NCBI GenBank assembly: GCA_004431415.1 | Contig: QPMI01000061.1 | Span: 62,001 to 126,000 of the forward strand | DNA length: 64,000 nucleotides | Direction of reading: 5' to 3' | Origin: Cyanophora paradoxa CCMP329 | Taxonomy: Eukaryota > Plantae > Glaucophyta | In this document: piece by piece, positions 61,975 to 64,000 of the stretch | Layout of the letters: each line of letters opens with the position of its first letter | Numbering within the stretch: the stretch's first letter is position 1 | The notes under the pieces: generated by a model | Databases searched by the model: none | What the model was told of the DNA's origin: nothing | The model's input: only the letters and a program-made list of their open reading frames with translations | Position numbers and translations under genes: made by a program

Positions 61975-62748
61975 GCTGTGTATCGAAAAGAGAAGCCCCG
62001 CGGCTCGCGAGGTGTGGTCCGCGGGCCCGAGGGCCCGGCAGACGCTGCGCGAGTCCCACGGGGCCCGGGGGCGGGGGCATCCGATGAGCCAGCCTGGCAG
62101 GCCTAGCCTAGTAGGGCTTCCGATGCCTGAAGCCTTGTCTTCCAGGCTTGATCATGACTCTCCGAACTTCGGAAGTTCCGAACTTCGGAAAGTTCAGTTT
62201 CAACGGTTTGCCAAGTTAAGGCTCTGAACTCGGAAGGCTGAATTCATGCTCAACTTGCCAATTGCAAGCCTTGAAGCCTCGAAACCTGAAGCCTGCCAGG
62301 CTGCAGTTGGTCATGGGCTTCAAGGCATGAAGCTTAAGCCCGACACAACTGTTCGACGCCCCCACCGCGGCGCACGTGCGAAGGTCGGGCCCCAGGGCCC
62401 CCGGCCCCCCCCTGGAGAGCCGCGGGCCGCGGGGCTTGAAGCTTTGACTGCCGCCGTGTCACGGTGTGCAGCGGAATTCTAGCTGCCAGCTGCTGGCTGG
62501 CCCAGTGGGGCCTTTTATTCGCGTGACAGCCCGGGCCGGCGGGGCGTCGGCGCAGCGCCCGGCCACGTGCGGCCCCACGCGGCTGCTGTCAGCAGCAAGG
62601 ACCAGCCTCCGTGAGCAATGGCAGCGCTCTTGAAAGAAGTTGCGTTTGAAGCGCACACTCGCTTCGGACAGAAAAAGCGAATGGGGAAAAGGGGGGGAGG
62701 GGATGGGAGGGGGTGCTGGGGGAGGCGGGGCCCTGCGGGGCCTCGCGC

Positions 62749-64000
62749 CTACGAGCGGGCGGCCTGGAAGCGGCGGAAGATGTCGGCGAGGTTGACGCGG
62801 CCGTACGCCGACATGGCGACGTAGCGCGCGGCGGTCGCCCGCAGCGCGTCGTAGGCGCGCTTGTCGGCGAAGTGGAGGCGCATGTCGTCGGGCACGCCGG
62901 CCGCCGCCTCCTCGTTGCGCTTCCGCGCCGCCTCCAGGCGCTCGGCGGCCTTGGCGACGTCGAAGAGGCGTTGGAAGTAGAGCAGCTGCGTGTAGAGCTC
63001 CCCCGCCGAGTACTGCGCCCCGCCCCGCCCCGTCAGGCCGGAAGCGGGCGAGGCCGGCGTGCGGGGCGGAGCGGGCCTCCTCGACGAGGTGGTGCCGCTC
63101 GGGGTCGCTCGGGCAGGCGGGGAGGCCCCGCCGCAGCTGGCAGCTGCGGGCCCGCGCCGAGCACTCCGCCTCCGCGCACTTCATCCACCCCTCGTAGTAT
63201 CGCTCGATGTGCCGCCCGATCGACCGCACGAGCTGCACGGGGCGCCCCGGTCGGACGGGCGGCGCCGAGGGCGGGGCGGGGCGGGCGGACCGCGTTCTCG
63301 ATGGCGGGCTGGCCGAGGGCCTTCCCGCAGTGCCCGCAGCACAGGTGGCCCAGCGCGCTGAAGGGGTACCCGTGCTCGAGCTTCTTCGCGTCCCCGTCCG
63401 CCACCGAGATGCTGTACCCCGCCGGCAGCCGGTAGATGCCTGCGGGGGCGTGAGGGGCGGCAGCAGGGGAGGCGGGGGGGCGGGGTGGTGACCGGGGACG
63501 GGGGCGGAGGCGGCGCAGGCGGTGCACTTGACGCGGAGGGGCTCGCAGGCCTTGAACTTCTCGTCCTCGTCGCAGCCGGCGGGGGCCGCCGCCTCCGCCG
63601 CCGCGTACTTGAACTTGCTCCCGTCCATCCCCAGGCACTCCGCGATCATCCCCGCCCCCGTCCCCTCGATCGGCTCGCACAGCCGCGCCACCGGCGGGTG
63701 GATCTGCGACTGCATGTACCACCCGTAGTCCGGCTGCGCGAGCGGCCCCGGCGGTCAGCGCGGGGCGGGCGGGGAGAGGGGGGCGGGGGAGGGGCGGGGC
63801 GGGCCTTGAGGCCGCCTTGGGAGCGGAGGACGGTGTCGAGGGCGTAGGCGCGCTCCGAGAGGCTCGCGTTCGTCGTCCCCGTCGCGCACACCACGTACTG
63901 TCCGCCCCCTCGGCCCCGCGCCCCGGGGGCGAGGGGAGGGCGGGGGCGCGCGGGGGCCGACCTGGATGATCTCGCCGGCGCGGAGGGCCTTGCCCTGCGC
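62749..64000 (-). CDS. POLA1: DNA polymerase alpha catalytic subunit, 3' portion
   Basis: YMQSQIHPPVARLCEPIEG..IAECLG.D..KF, CysA (CTAC...CGHC), YYEGWMKC....C, LYTQLLYF..LFD, SAY..VNL..IF. Stop at 62749-62751. Confidence 0.95.

Overview
Eukaryotic, very GC-rich, gene-dense and intron-dense nuclear DNA. An archaeplastid alga such as a glaucophyte is suggested by a Phe-containing 'MAASFV' transit peptide, an SRFR1-like gene and plant-type FAD synthase domain order; this is inference only. The six-frame ORF track is mostly noise because genes are cut by 50-75 nt introns. Splicing by eye gives about 17 genes: a P5B-type ATPase, a GPS2-like protein, PrimPol, SRFR1/TTC13, a plastid-targeted unknown, an HSP20-like protein, a TSNAXIP1-like protein, importin-4, alpha-tubulin, a hybrid histidine kinase, a CUE-Smr nuclease, PanB, a small Cys-rich ORF, a stand-alone CinA/MPTb protein head-to-head with FAD synthase, a secreted unknown, NFRKB and the 3' part of DNA polymerase alpha. 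A 19.1-27.6 kb repeat island holds a MITE, a Helitron-like concatemer with a G-rich minisatellite, and a nested 3 kb TGT...ACA element with identical 341-bp TIRs and a 4-bp TSD. The most unusual signal is window-wide. Gene-body introns have a C-rich 5' half and a G-rich 3' half (no polypyrimidine tract, potentially self-pairing, many GC donors), and this C/G polarity continues into the exons through synonymous codon choice. All gene coordinates are manual and approximate.
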